Under the pieces are notes generated by a model, which made no database searches, was not told where the DNA came from, and saw only the letters and a program-made list of their open reading frames with translations. A program made the translations under genes and the position numbers. A stretch of DNA of 64,000 nucleotides, taken from the NCBI GenBank assembly GCA_947628115.1, contig CANQYS010000001.1, positions 7,837-71,836 of the forward strand. The letters are read 5' to 3'. This stretch comes from an uncultured Clostridia bacterium (lineage in GTDB: Bacteria; Bacillota; Clostridia; TANB77; CAG-508). Position 1 is the first letter of the stretch. Each line of letters opens with the position of its first letter. Below are positions 50,438-61,053 of this stretch, one piece after another.

Positions 50438-51869
50438 CTATTTATTTTCTAACAATTTATTTTTTAAATTCCACAAATTTTGAGATAAATCCACATAATA
50501 TTTGTGTGGATTTTTTATACGTTTTACTTCATTCCAAAGTGTACTTAACTCTTGTTTTGCATTATTTGCAATTGTTTTTAGATCTGGAGAATTGTATACT
50601 AAATTTCCATTATCAAATATTAAGTCTTGTAATGGCCTTACTGTATAATTTTTTAAAGTTTTTTTCTTCCATGGTGAAGTTGGGTCAAATATTGTATAAT
50701 TATCTTTTGGTATTATCTCATCATGCAAGGCAATTAAATCCGCTAAAGCTTTGTTTGTTGTTTTATCATAAAATCTATATACTTTTTTAAATCCAGGATT
50801 TGTAATTTTTATAGTATTATTAGATATTTTTATTTTAGGTATAATTTTACCATCATTTTCTATTGCGACTAATTTATATACACCACCAAAAACAGGATTA
50901 CTTTTTGCAGTAATTAAGTTTTCTCCAACACCAAATAAATCTATTTTAGCACCCTCTTCTAATATTGATGTAATTACATATTCATCAAGAGAATTTGTAC
51001 CACAAATTTTACAATCTTCAAATCCAGCTTCATCTAAAATCACTCTTATTTTTTTAGATAAATAAGATAAGTCTCCACTATCTAATCTTACCGCTTTAGG
51101 TCTATAACCATTTGGAACTAAAACTTCATTAAAAACTTTAATTGCATTTTTAATTCCAGAATTTAAAGTATCATACGTATCTATAAGTAGAGTACAATCA
51201 TTAGGATAATTTTCAGCATAAGCTTTAAATGCTTCATATTCAGAGTCAAAAGCTTGTATAAAACTATGTGCCATTGTTCCACTTGCTGGAACATTAAATT
51301 CTTTAGCTGTATATGTACAAGATGTACCTACGCATCCTCCAATAATTGCGGCTCTTGCCCCATAAACTGCAGCATCAACACTATGAGCACGTCTTGCACC
51401 AAATTCCATAACAGGACGACCGCTTCGCGGCATTTACAATCCTACTTGATTTTGTAGCTATTAATGACTGATGATTAATTAAAAGTAAGAGAGTTGTTTC
51501 TAAAAGTTGTGCTTCTATAAGAGGTGCTTTTACTGTAACTAATGGTTCATTTGGAAATACAACAGTACCTTCTGGAATTGCCCATATATCTCCAGTAAAT
51601 TTAAAAGTTTTAAGATATTCTAAAAAATCATCAGAAAATATATTTTTACTTTTTAAATATTTAATATCTTCATCATCAAAATGTAGATTTTTAACATAAT
51701 CTATAATTTGTTCTAAGCCTGCAAATATAACATATCCACCATTATCAGGAATTTCTCTAAAAAAAACATCAAAATATGCTGTTTTTTTGCTCATATCTTT
51801 AATAAAAAATCCATTCGACATTGTAAATTCATAAAAGTCTGTAACTAATTCTAATTTTCTATTATCCAT
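50438..51869 (-). CDS. pncB: nicotinate phosphoribosyltransferase; full length requires a +1 shift at CGG 51422..51420
   Basis: N-terminus LVTDFYEFTM. RIVNAA(K)GRPVMEFGARRAHS is only obtained by shifting +1 at AAG-CGG-T. Confidence 0.88.
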
Positions 51870-51968
51870 AACAACCTCCATTTGCTAATATTTGAAATAT
51901 ATTATATCATCAATGTCAATAGGAATAGATAAAGGAAAAGCAGCCCTGAAATCAGAGCTGCACTCGCA

Positions 51969-52253
51969 TCAGCAAACTTCTACAAGGAGAACTGTGCGCA
52001 GAAAATGCTTATTTTCTGCAACACTAGAAAAATTGAAGTTTACAACTTCATTATAATTTTCAACGTTTGCAGGAAGAATCTTCGCACATGAAGTTGGTGA
52101 AATTTTTTTAAAAAACTGAACCTCTATGCTTATATCATTTATTTTATGACAAAGATTATACAGGTTAAATTCTTTTTTTAAAACTTCTTTATTCTCCTTA
52201 AGGAATTTCTTAAGAAGCTTGTCTGATTGCCGGGGATGAGATACGTATTTCAT
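51969..52253 (-). CDS. hypothetical protein in a compositionally atypical islet
   Basis: 94-aa ORF with RBS AGGAGG and a terminator hairpin at about 51933-51960. Contains an in-frame CGG (52232..52230). Confidence 0.4.
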   Translation of the reverse strand: MKYVSHPRQSDKLLKKFLKENKEVLKKEFNLYNLCHKINDISIEVQFFKKISPTSCAKILPANVENYNEVVNFNFSSVAENKHFLRTVLLVEVC

Positions 52254-52423
52254 TATTATACGTACCTCCTTTCTGTATTAATTTTGAGATACAAATACAT
52301 TGTATCTTATGTTAATTTTACCATAATTCTTTATAATCGTCAAATTTAGCAGTTGACACTTTAATTTTATGGGAATATAATAACAAAATAAAAAGTATAA
52401 ATTAAAAATAGGAGAGTAAAAAA

Positions 52424-55015
52424 ATGTTAAAATTAGAAAATATTACCAAAGAGTATTTAACTGGCGATTCAAAGGTAGAGGCATTAAAAGGAATAAATGT
52501 AGAATTTAGAAAATCTGAATTTGTTTCTATTCTTGGACCAAGTGGATGTGGTAAAACTACACTGTTAAATATAATTGGAGGATTAGACAGATATACAAAT
52601 GGAGATTTAACAATAAATGGAAAATCTACTAAAGAGTTTAAAGACAGAGATTGGGACACATATAGAAACCATTCTGTAGGTTTTGTTTTCCAAAACTATA
52701 ATTTAATAACACATCAAACAGTTTTATCTAATGTAGAGCTTGCACTTACTTTATCTGGAGTATCAAAAAAAGAAAGAAGAAAAAGAGCAATAGAGGCATT
52801 AGAGAGTGTTGGATTAAAAGATCAGATGAATAAAAAACCAAATCAAATGTCTGGTGGACAAATGCAAAGGGTAGCAATTGCAAGAGCATTAGTTAATAAT
52901 CCAGAAATTATTTTAGCAGATGAACCAACAGGTGCTTTGGATACTAAAACTAGTGTTCAAATAATGGAAATATTAAAAAATATATCAAAAGACAAATTAA
53001 TTATAATGGTAACACATAATCCAGAACTTGCAGAAAAATATTCATCAAGGATTATAAAAGTGTTAGATGGAAAAGTAATTGATGATAGTGACCCATATAA
53101 AGCAGAGAAAACAAAAGAGGAACAAAATAAGAAAAATAAAAAAACATCAATGAACTTTTTTACAGCACTTAATTTAAGCTTAAATAATTTAATGACTAAA
53201 AAGGGAAGAACTTTTTTAACTTCATTTGCTGGTAGTATTGGTATTATAGGAATAGCACTAATTCTTGCTATATCAACAGGAGTTCAGAATTATATAAATA
53301 AAGTAGAAGAAGATACATTATCTTCTTATCCAATTACAATAGAAGAGCAAACAATAGATATGTCTAGCATGATGGAAAGTATGATGGGAGAAACTTCAAA
53401 TAATACATCAGAATACGAGGAAGGTAAAATTTATTCTTCTGATATTATGGATGATATGATTTCTACACTTTCTAATAAAGTAACAAATAATAATTTAAAG
53501 GAATTAAAAAAATATTTAGAAGAAGATAATAATGAAATAAAAAATTATAGTAATAGTATAAATTATAGTTATGATTTAAAAATTAATTTATATAAAGAAG
53601 ATAGCACAAATGGAATAGTAAAAGTAAATCCTAGTACTGTAATGAATGCAATGGGAATGGGAGAAATTGTTGAAGCAAGTAATAATTCATCTATGTCATC
53701 TGTAATGATGTCAAATACAGATGTGTGGATGGAATTATTAGATAATAAAGAGTTACTACAGTCACAATATAATTTGCTTGCAGGTACATGGCCACAAAAT
53801 TATAATGAGGTTGTACTTGTTGTAGATGAAAATAATGAAGTAAGTGATTATACATTATATACTTTAGGATTAAAAGATCAAAAAGAATTAGAGAAAAAGT
53901 TTAAAGCAATGCAAAAAGGAGAACCAGTAGAAGAATCTAAACAAACGTCATACACTTATGATGATTTTCTTAATTTAACATTTAAATTAATACTAAATAC
54001 AGATTACTATACAAAGGAAAATGGTTTATGGCTTGATAAAACAAAAGACGAAGAATATATGAAACAAAAAATAAAAGATGCAGAAGATATAAAAATAGTT
54101 GGAATAATACAAAAAAATCCAAACACAGTTGCAGTTTCTATAACAGAAGGAATAGGTTATACAAAAGAACTAGAAGAATATGTAATAAATAAATCAAATG
54201 AAGCTGAAATTGTAAAAGAACAAAAAGATAAGCCTGATGTTAATATTTTTTCGGGGCTAGAATTTCCAACAGATGATGAAACACAAAGTTTTGATTATGA
54301 TTCACTTACAACAGAACAAAAAATGGCAATGGCAAAATTAAGTGCAGAAGAACTTAGCCAAATGATGGAAGCATATACAGAAAATATGAATTCAAGTTAT
54401 GAAAAAAATTTAGAAAAATTAGGAGCTGTGGATTTAGCTAATCCAACATCAATAAGCATATATCCAAAAGATTTTGCATCAAAGGATAGTATAACAAAAG
54501 CAATTGATGATTATAATCAAAAACAAAAAGATGAAGGAAAGGAAGAAAATGTAATAAATTATACTGATATGGTTGGTATAATGATGAAATCTGTAAATCA
54601 AATTATTAATATTATAAGTTATGTATTAATTGCTTTTGTTGGAATTTCATTAATAGTTTCTTCAATTATGATTGGTATAATAACATATATTTCTGTACTT
54701 GAAAGAACAAAGGAAATTGGTATACTTCGTAGTATAGGTGCATCTAAAAAAGATATTTCAAGAGTATTTAAAGCAGAAACTTTTATTGTTGGATTTATTT
54801 CTGGTTTATTAGGAATAGGAATAACTGTATTGCTTACAATACCAATAAATAACATAATATATAAACTTACAGAAGTGCAAGTTAAAGCAATGGTACCAAC
54901 AGTTGCAGGTATTATACTTGTTATAATTAGTATGTTACTTACAATGATTGCAGGTTTAATACCATCAAAAATGGCAAGTAAGAAAGATCCAGTAGAAGCA
55001 CTAAGAGTAGATTAA
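52424..55015 (+). CDS. fused ABC transporter ATP-binding protein / FtsX-family permease (MacB-like)
   Basis: Walker A GPSGCGKTT, signature MSGGQMQRVAIARA, Walker B ILADEPTGALD, a large extracytoplasmic domain and C-terminal FtsX helices. Confidence 0.85.
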   Translation: MLKLENITKEYLTGDSKVEALKGINVEFRKSEFVSILGPSGCGKTTLLNIIGGLDRYTNGDLTINGKSTKEFKDRDWDTYRNHSVGFVFQNYNLITHQTVLSNVELALTLSGVSKKERRKRAIEALESVGLKDQMNKKPNQMSGGQMQRVAIARALVNNPEIILADEPTGALDTKTSVQIMEILKNISKDKLIIMVTHNPELAEKYSSRIIKVLDGKVIDDSDPYKAEKTKEEQNKKNKKTSMNFFTALNLSLNNLMTKKGRTFLTSFAGSIGIIGIALILAISTGVQNYINKVEEDTLSSYPITIEEQTIDMSSMMESMMGETSNNTSEYEEGKIYSSDIMDDMISTLSNKVTNNNLKELKKYLEEDNNEIKNYSNSINYSYDLKINLYKEDSTNGIVKVNPSTVMNAMGMGEIVEASNNSSMSSVMMSNTDVWMELLDNKELLQSQYNLLAGTWPQNYNEVVLVVDENNEVSDYTLYTLGLKDQKELEKKFKAMQKGEPVEESKQTSYTYDDFLNLTFKLILNTDYYTKENGLWLDKTKDEEYMKQKIKDAEDIKIVGIIQKNPNTVAVSITEGIGYTKELEEYVINKSNEAEIVKEQKDKPDVNIFSGLEFPTDDETQSFDYDSLTTEQKMAMAKLSAEELSQMMEAYTENMNSSYEKNLEKLGAVDLANPTSISIYPKDFASKDSITKAIDDYNQKQKDEGKEENVINYTDMVGIMMKSVNQIINIISYVLIAFVGISLIVSSIMIGIITYISVLERTKEIGILRSIGASKKDISRVFKAETFIVGFISGLLGIGITVLLTIPINNIIYKLTEVQVKAMVPTVAGIILVIISMLLTMIAGLIPSKMASKKDPVEALRVD

Positions 55016-55047
55016 TAAATTTACAAAACACATTAGGGGATGAAATA

Positions 55048-55566
55048 ATGAAAGAAGTATATATATTACTAACACATACAGGAACAGTATTATCAGGAAT
55101 TGTAAAATATTATACTAAGAACAAGTATTCACATATTTCAATAGCATTGGATCACAATTTAAATGAGTTATATTCGTTTGGAAGATTAAATCCATATAAT
55201 CCATTTAAAGCTGGATTTGTGCATGAAGAAATACATGGAGGTACATATGCTAGATTTATAAATACTAAAGCTGCACTATATTCACTTAAAGTAACAGAAG
55301 ATCAATATTTAAAAATTTCATCTATAATATATAACATGAAACAACATAAAGAAAAATATAAATTTAATATATTAGGTCTATTTATGGTTAGCATAAATAA
55401 AAAACATAGAAAAGATAATACCTTTTATTGTGCAGAATTTGTAAAGTATGTATTAAAAGATACATGTAATACTAATGATTTACCGGAAATTATAAAACCA
55501 ATGGATTTTGTAAAATTACAAAATATAAAACTTATATATGAAGGACTGTTAAAGGAATATACATAA
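55048..55566 (+). CDS. hypothetical protein
   Basis: 172-aa ORF with RBS GGGGA. No confident family. Confidence 0.4.
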   Translation: MKEVYILLTHTGTVLSGIVKYYTKNKYSHISIALDHNLNELYSFGRLNPYNPFKAGFVHEEIHGGTYARFINTKAALYSLKVTEDQYLKISSIIYNMKQHKEKYKFNILGLFMVSINKKHRKDNTFYCAEFVKYVLKDTCNTNDLPEIIKPMDFVKLQNIKLIYEGLLKEYT

Positions 55567-55570
55567 ATTG

Positions 55571-55986
55571 GTATTTGGTGTTTGGAATTTGGAATTTTGT
55601 GTAGGAGAGGACTGCATTTATTCACTATTCAATCTTCACTATTCACTAAGAAAATTCAGGACAGTTCCCTTTTTCTAACATTTGCAAACAATAAATTAAA
55701 TACAAATACTGTAGGAGTCGCACCCTAGGGCGACCTGCAAATAGATCGCTCCCAATGGTTAATTTATATTTTAACTCGTTCGTCCCAACTACGCAGACAC
55801 TGTAAAATATAAGATTGCTGACGCTAATCTTCTATTTAACAGTATCTAGCTAGTCGGTCCCCACACAAGCTCACTTCGTAAAATATAAATGAACCATTTC
55901 GCGCTTCTCTATTAGTAGGAGAACGGATGCCCCTACACAAAATTCAAAATTCTAAATGCCAAACACAATTAAACAAACTACAATTT
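55571..55986. repeat. composite non-coding element of about 415 bp with roughly 30-bp terminal inverted repeats
   Basis: GTGTTTGGAATTTGGAATTTTGTGTAGG (55578-55605) pairs with CCTACACAAAATTCAAAATTCTAAATGCCAAACAC (55932-55966). Internal modules resemble families A (ATTCAGGACAGTTCCC, AAACAAACTACAATTT) and B (TGTAGGAGTCGCACCCTAGGGCGACC). Confidence 0.75.
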
Positions 55987-56033
55987 ATAGAGCATAATGT
56001 TATAATTAATATTAAAATAGAAAGGATTAAAAT

Positions 56034-56909
56034 ATGGAACTTATTAAAGTAGGAGAAAGAACGTATTATATAAAAAATGCTACGAATATAGGAATATATA
56101 AAACTGATAATACAAATGTTTATATTATAGATTCAGGAAATGATAAAGAGGCAGGGAAAAAAATACTAAAAATAATTAATGAACAAGGTTGGACTATAAA
56201 AGGAATTATTAATACTCATTCAAATGCAGATCATATAGGTGGAAATAAAGTTATACAGGATAGAACAAATTGTGAAATTTTATGTTTTAATATAGAAAAA
56301 AGTTTTACAGAATTTCCAATATTAGAGCCATCATTCTTATATGGGGGATATCCTTTTAAAGATATAAGAAATAAGTTTTTATTAGCGAAAGAATCAGCAG
56401 TAAAAAATATAGATGGAAATCTTCCAGAGGGATTAGAATATTTTACATTAAAAGGGCATTTTTTTGACATGATTGGAATTAAAACATCTGATAATGTTTA
56501 TTTTTTAGCAGATTCGTTATTTAGCGAAGAAACTATAAATAAATATCATTTGTTTTTTATATATGATGTAAAGGAATATTTAAATACTTTAGAATTCTTA
56601 AGAACTTTAAATGGAAATTTATATATTCCTTCACATTGTGAAGCTACAAATAGTATAGAAAATTTAATAGAACTAAATAAAAATAAAATAAATGAAATAA
56701 TGGATAAAATTTTTAACTTTTGTAAAAATAATATTACATTTGAAGATATTTTAAAATTGATTTTTGATGAATACAAATTAACAATAAATGCAAATCAATT
56801 TGTACTTATTGGAAGTACAATTAAATCATATTTATCTTATTTATATGATAATGATAGAATTGAGTTCATATTTGAAAATAATAAAATGATATGGAAACAA
56901 AAAGAATAA
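56034..56909 (+). CDS. MBL-fold metallo-hydrolase
   Basis: INTHSNADHIGG (a variant of HxHxDH) and a downstream His/Asp ligand pattern. Confidence 0.7.
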   Translation: MELIKVGERTYYIKNATNIGIYKTDNTNVYIIDSGNDKEAGKKILKIINEQGWTIKGIINTHSNADHIGGNKVIQDRTNCEILCFNIEKSFTEFPILEPSFLYGGYPFKDIRNKFLLAKESAVKNIDGNLPEGLEYFTLKGHFFDMIGIKTSDNVYFLADSLFSEETINKYHLFFIYDVKEYLNTLEFLRTLNGNLYIPSHCEATNSIENLIELNKNKINEIMDKIFNFCKNNITFEDILKLIFDEYKLTINANQFVLIGSTIKSYLSYLYDNDRIEFIFENNKMIWKQKE

Positions 56910-56965
56910 TATTACATATTAGATACTAATTCAAAAAGGGTTATAAATAAAGTGGGTGATTACTT

Positions 56966-57922
56966 ATGACTTTATCTATAATATTAATTATTGTGGGATT
57001 TGTTTTACTAATTAAAGGCGCAGATTTTCTAGTTGATGGTGCAAGCAATATAGCAAAAAAATTGCATATACCAGAGATTGTAATTGGATTAACCATAGTA
57101 TCGATAGGAACATCAATGCCAGAACTTTTTGTAAGTATAACATCTGCAATTAATGGATATTCAGATATTGCTATTGGTAATGTTATAGGGAGTAGTATTG
57201 CCAATTTATTATTAATTTTAGGTGTATCATCTATAATAATGTCTGTAAATTTTAAAAGAGAAACAAGATTAATAGAAATACCAATATGCTTGTTTATAAC
57301 AATTGCCTTCTTTATTATTTGTAATTATGAACAAAATGTAACAAGAATTGAAGGAATTGTATTACTTGTAATGTTCATTCTTTTTATCATATATACGATA
57401 ATAATGTCTTTTAAGGGAGAAAAATTTGATAGAGAAAATTATAACGAAGAAGAAAAACAAAAAGACAATAACAAAGATTCAACTTTTAAAAGTATAATAC
57501 TTATAATGTTAGGATTTATAGCTTTAATATTTGGTGGAGATTTAACTGTTGATAATGCTGTTAATATTGCAAAGATTTTAGGATTAAGTGAAAAAATAAT
57601 TAGTATAACTATTCTTGCAATTGGAACATGTTTGCCAGAACTTGTAACCAGTATTTTTGCTGCAATTAAAGGCAAAAGTGATATTGCAATTGGTAATATA
57701 TTAGGTTCTAATATATTTAATATGTTGCTTATAATAGGTATTTCATCATTAATAAAACCAATTATATACAATATTTGTTATAATAAAGATATGATTTTTT
57801 TAATTTTAGTCACTTTTATTTTACTATTATTTACAATCATTAAACCAAAAAATAAAATGACAAGAATAAATGGATTAGTATATTTGATTTTATATATAGT
57901 ATATATAATAAATTTATTTTAA
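56966..57922 (+). CDS. Ca2+/Na+ antiporter (CaCA family, YrbG-like)
   Basis: Duplicated alpha-repeats GTSMPELFVS...GNVIGSSIANLLLILG and GTCLPELVTS...GNILGSNIFNMLLIIG. Confidence 0.85.
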   Translation: MTLSIILIIVGFVLLIKGADFLVDGASNIAKKLHIPEIVIGLTIVSIGTSMPELFVSITSAINGYSDIAIGNVIGSSIANLLLILGVSSIIMSVNFKRETRLIEIPICLFITIAFFIICNYEQNVTRIEGIVLLVMFILFIIYTIIMSFKGEKFDRENYNEEEKQKDNNKDSTFKSIILIMLGFIALIFGGDLTVDNAVNIAKILGLSEKIISITILAIGTCLPELVTSIFAAIKGKSDIAIGNILGSNIFNMLLIIGISSLIKPIIYNICYNKDMIFLILVTFILLLFTIIKPKNKMTRINGLVYLILYIVYIINLF

Positions 57923-58063
57923 AGCCTGCGCCCGTTGTTCTGCACCAAAATTTTGAAAAAATTTTGTGTGAAATGTTTGTAAAGCTTTGTTGAATGGGGA
58001 AAATCTGCGAATTTTCATATTTAATAAAAAGTTAGAGAAATCTAACTTTTTTTGCTATTTATA

Positions 58064-58091
58064 TTGACAAATATAAAATACATAGTATAAT
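58064..58091 (+). promoter_or_regulatory. sigma-A-type promoter of the regulator-suf locus (TTGACA-16-TATAAT)
   Basis: TTGACA at 58064-58069 and TATAAT at 58086-58091. Confidence 0.6.
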
Positions 58092-58107
58092 GTTAGAGTA
58101 CTCTAAC
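58092..58107. promoter_or_regulatory. 16-bp perfect palindrome GTTAGAGTACTCTAAC (candidate operator)
   Basis: Lies immediately downstream of the -10 element and upstream of the DtxR-family gene. A half-site-like GTTAGAG also occurs at 58031. Confidence 0.5.
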
Positions 58108-58118
58108 AAAGGAGATGT

Positions 58119-58595
58119 ATGATTATGCTTACAAAAACTCAAGAAGAATATTTAAAAACTATATATATATTACAAAATGATGAAAAAGGTGCTAGAGTTA
58201 CAGACATAGCAGAAAAATTAAATAAAGCAAAAGCAACAGTAAATTATACTGTTGCAAATTTAAAAGAAAATGGATTAGTTAATTACAAAACATATGGAAA
58301 TATATTTTTAACTGATACAGGAAAAAAATATGCAAAAAAAATTTTAGAGGCGTACGATATTGTATACCTATTTTTAAATAGCATATTAGAAATGGAACCT
58401 GAGAAAGCAAAAAATGAAGCGGAAAAAATGAAAGCCACACTTAATGATGAAACATTAAATATGTTAGCAAAATATACACATAAAACTTTAGGATTATACA
58501 GCTTAGAATGTGGGTATGATATTAACAACGAAAAGTGTAGGTCATGTATAAGAAGAACACGGAACAAAAAAATAAATGAAAGGATAGAATTATGA
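58119..58595 (+). CDS. DtxR/MntR-family metal-dependent transcriptional regulator
   Basis: The wHTH N-terminus QEEYLKTIY.L......RVTDIAEKL... is typical of the DtxR family. The C-terminus is Cys-rich. An in-frame CGG at 58569 lies 8 codons before the stop, and a +1 alternative would stop at 58584. Confidence 0.75.
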   Translation: MIMLTKTQEEYLKTIYILQNDEKGARVTDIAEKLNKAKATVNYTVANLKENGLVNYKTYGNIFLTDTGKKYAKKILEAYDIVYLFLNSILEMEPEKAKNEAEKMKATLNDETLNMLAKYTHKTLGLYSLECGYDINNEKCRSCIRRTRNKKINERIEL

Positions 58596-59335
58596 ACAAC
58601 AATTTATTAGAAATAAAAGATTTATATGTAAAAGCAGAAGAAAAAGAAATTTTGAAAGGTATGAATTTAAAAATAAATAAAGGAGAAATTCATGTAATAA
58701 TGGGACCAAATGGTTCAGGAAAAACAACAACTGCAAATGCTATACTCAATAATCCTAGTTATATAAAAACAAATGGAACAATTACATTCGAGGAGGAAGA
58801 TATAACAAATTCAAAAACAGATGAAATAGCAAGAAAAGGAATTTTTATGTCTTTTCAATTACCAGAGGAAATACCTGGAGTTTCGGTTACTAATTTTTTG
58901 AAATATGCAAAAAATAAAGTTACTGGAAAACCAGTTAAAATATTTGAATTTAAAAATGAACTTAAAAAATATATGGAAGAATTAAATATGAATCCAAGTT
59001 ATATGGAAAGAAGCTTAAATGTTGGATTTTCAGGTGGAGAAAAAAAGAAAAATGAAATTCTTCAACTTTTAGTATTAAATCCAAAACTTGCGATATTAGA
59101 TGAAACCGATTCGGGACTTGATGTAGATGCAATTAAAACAGTATCTAAAGGAATAGAAATATTTAAAAATAAGAAAAACGCAGTTTTGATAATAACACAC
59201 AATACAAAAATTTTAAGCAATTTAAAGCCTGACTATGTACATGTTTTGGTAGATGGAAAAATAGTTAAAACAGGGGACTATAAACTTGCAAAGGAAATAG
59301 AAGAAAATGGATATAGTAAATACAAAAATATGTAG
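58592..59335 (+). CDS. sufC: Fe-S cluster assembly ATPase SufC
   Basis: LEIKDLYV, Walker A GPNGSGKTT, FSGGEKKKNEILQL and LDETDSGLD. Confidence 0.92.
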   Translation: MNNNLLEIKDLYVKAEEKEILKGMNLKINKGEIHVIMGPNGSGKTTTANAILNNPSYIKTNGTITFEEEDITNSKTDEIARKGIFMSFQLPEEIPGVSVTNFLKYAKNKVTGKPVKIFEFKNELKKYMEELNMNPSYMERSLNVGFSGGEKKKNEILQLLVLNPKLAILDETDSGLDVDAIKTVSKGIEIFKNKKNAVLIITHNTKILSNLKPDYVHVLVDGKIVKTGDYKLAKEIEENGYSKYKNM

Positions 59336-59455
59336 GGGCGGAATCAATTTCCGCCCGAAAAACAGATAAATTTCGGGCAGATATGGAATCTGCCTCTACG
59401 AAATATGAAAAACCACATTGCAGTTGTAGGGGCCGCAGCCTTCGGCGACCCGTAA
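59331..59455. repeat. family B GC-rich hairpin repeat between sufC and sufB; overlaps the sufC stop codon
   Basis: TGTAGGGGCGGAATCAATTTCCGCCCGAAAAACA...CGGGCAGATATGGAATCTGCC is shared with 47297-47365. There is an extra module TGTAGGGGCCGCAGCCTTCGGCGACCCG. Confidence 0.85.
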
Positions 59456-59478
59456 AATTAGAATGAAAGGATTTAAAA

Positions 59479-60880
59479 ATGGCAAAAACTAAAATTAAAG
59501 ATATAAATAGAAATATTTATGATATAAAAAATAAAGATGAATATGAATTTAAAATTGAAAAAGGATTAACAGCAGAAATAATAAAAGAAATATCTAAACA
59601 AAAAAATGAACCAGATTGGATGAGAGATTTTAGATTAAAAGCATTAGAAGTATATAACAAATTAGAACTTCCAACTTGGGGACCAGATATTTCTGAACTT
59701 AATATGAATGATATTGCAACATATGTAAAGCCAAAATCAAAATTAAATAGTTCATGGGATGACGTTCCAGAAGATATAAAAAGTACATTTGATAAACTTC
59801 GGAATTCCAGAGGCAGAAAAGGAGTCTTTAGCAGGAGTTGGAGCTCAGTATGATTCAGAAGTAGTTTATCATAGCATGAAAGAAGAACTAATAAAACAAG
59901 GTGTAATATATACAGACATGGAAACAGCAGTAAAAAAATATCCAGGAATTGTTAAAGAACATTTTATGAAATGTGTTCCTATATATGATCATAAATTCGT
60001 AGCATTACATGGCGCTGTTTGGTCTGGTGGTTCTTTTGTATATGTTCCAGAAGGTATAAAAGTAGATATACCGCTTCAAAGTTATTTTAGATTAAACTCA
60101 CCGGAAGCTGGACAATTTGAACATACGTTAATTATAGTAAATGAGGGGGCAAGCCTTCATTTTATAGAAGGATGTAGCGCACCTAAATATAATAAAGTTA
60201 ATTTACATGCTGGATGTGTCGAATTATATGTAAAAGATAATGCACATTTAAGATATTCAACAATAGAAAATTGGTCTAAAAACATGCTTAATTTAAATAC
60301 AAAAAAAGCACTAGTGGGTAAAAATGCTAGCATGGAATGGGTATCTGGATCATTTGGCTCAAAAATTTCTATGTTATATCCTATGAGCATACTAAATGGC
60401 GAAGGGGCAAAAACTGAATTTACTGGAATTTCATTTGCTGGAAAAGGACAAAACTTAGATAATGGATTTAAAGTTGTTCATAACGCACCAAACACATCTA
60501 GTGTTGTAAATAGCAAATCAATTTCAAAAGATGGTGGAAAATGCACTTATAGAGCATTAACTAGAATTAATGAGCAAGCAAAAAATTCAAAAGGCATAGT
60601 ATCTTGTGAATCATTAATGCTTGATGATATTTCTATATCTGATACAATTCCAGTAAATGATGTAAGAACAGAAGACGCAGAGTTTTCACATGAAGCTAAA
60701 ATTGGAAAAATTAGTGATAAAACTATTTTCTATTTAATGAGTAGAGGCATGTCAGAAGAAGATGCAAAAGCAATGATAGTTAGAGGTTTTGCATATCCAA
60801 TATCAAAAGAATTACCAGTAGAATATGCAGTAGAAATGAATAATCTTATAAACTTAGAACTTGAAGGTGCAATAGGATAG
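59479..60880 (+). CDS. sufB: Fe-S cluster assembly scaffold SufB; full length requires a +1 shift at CGG 59800
   Basis: [28 protein letters not shown] is only obtained by skipping C59800. The downstream SufB core (FIEGCSAP, RYSTIENWS) is intact. Confidence 0.9.
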
Positions 60881-61053
60881 TTTGAATAATTATTTCATAA
60901 TTATTCAAACAGTGAAGAATTAATAATGAATAATTAATAATTAATGTATGAAAAATTGCATAAATGCAATTTTTCTTCCTAAATTATTCATCATTCGCTA
61001 TTCATTATCAGTCTTTACACTCATAAACAACTTATTTAAGGAAAGGAAAGGAA

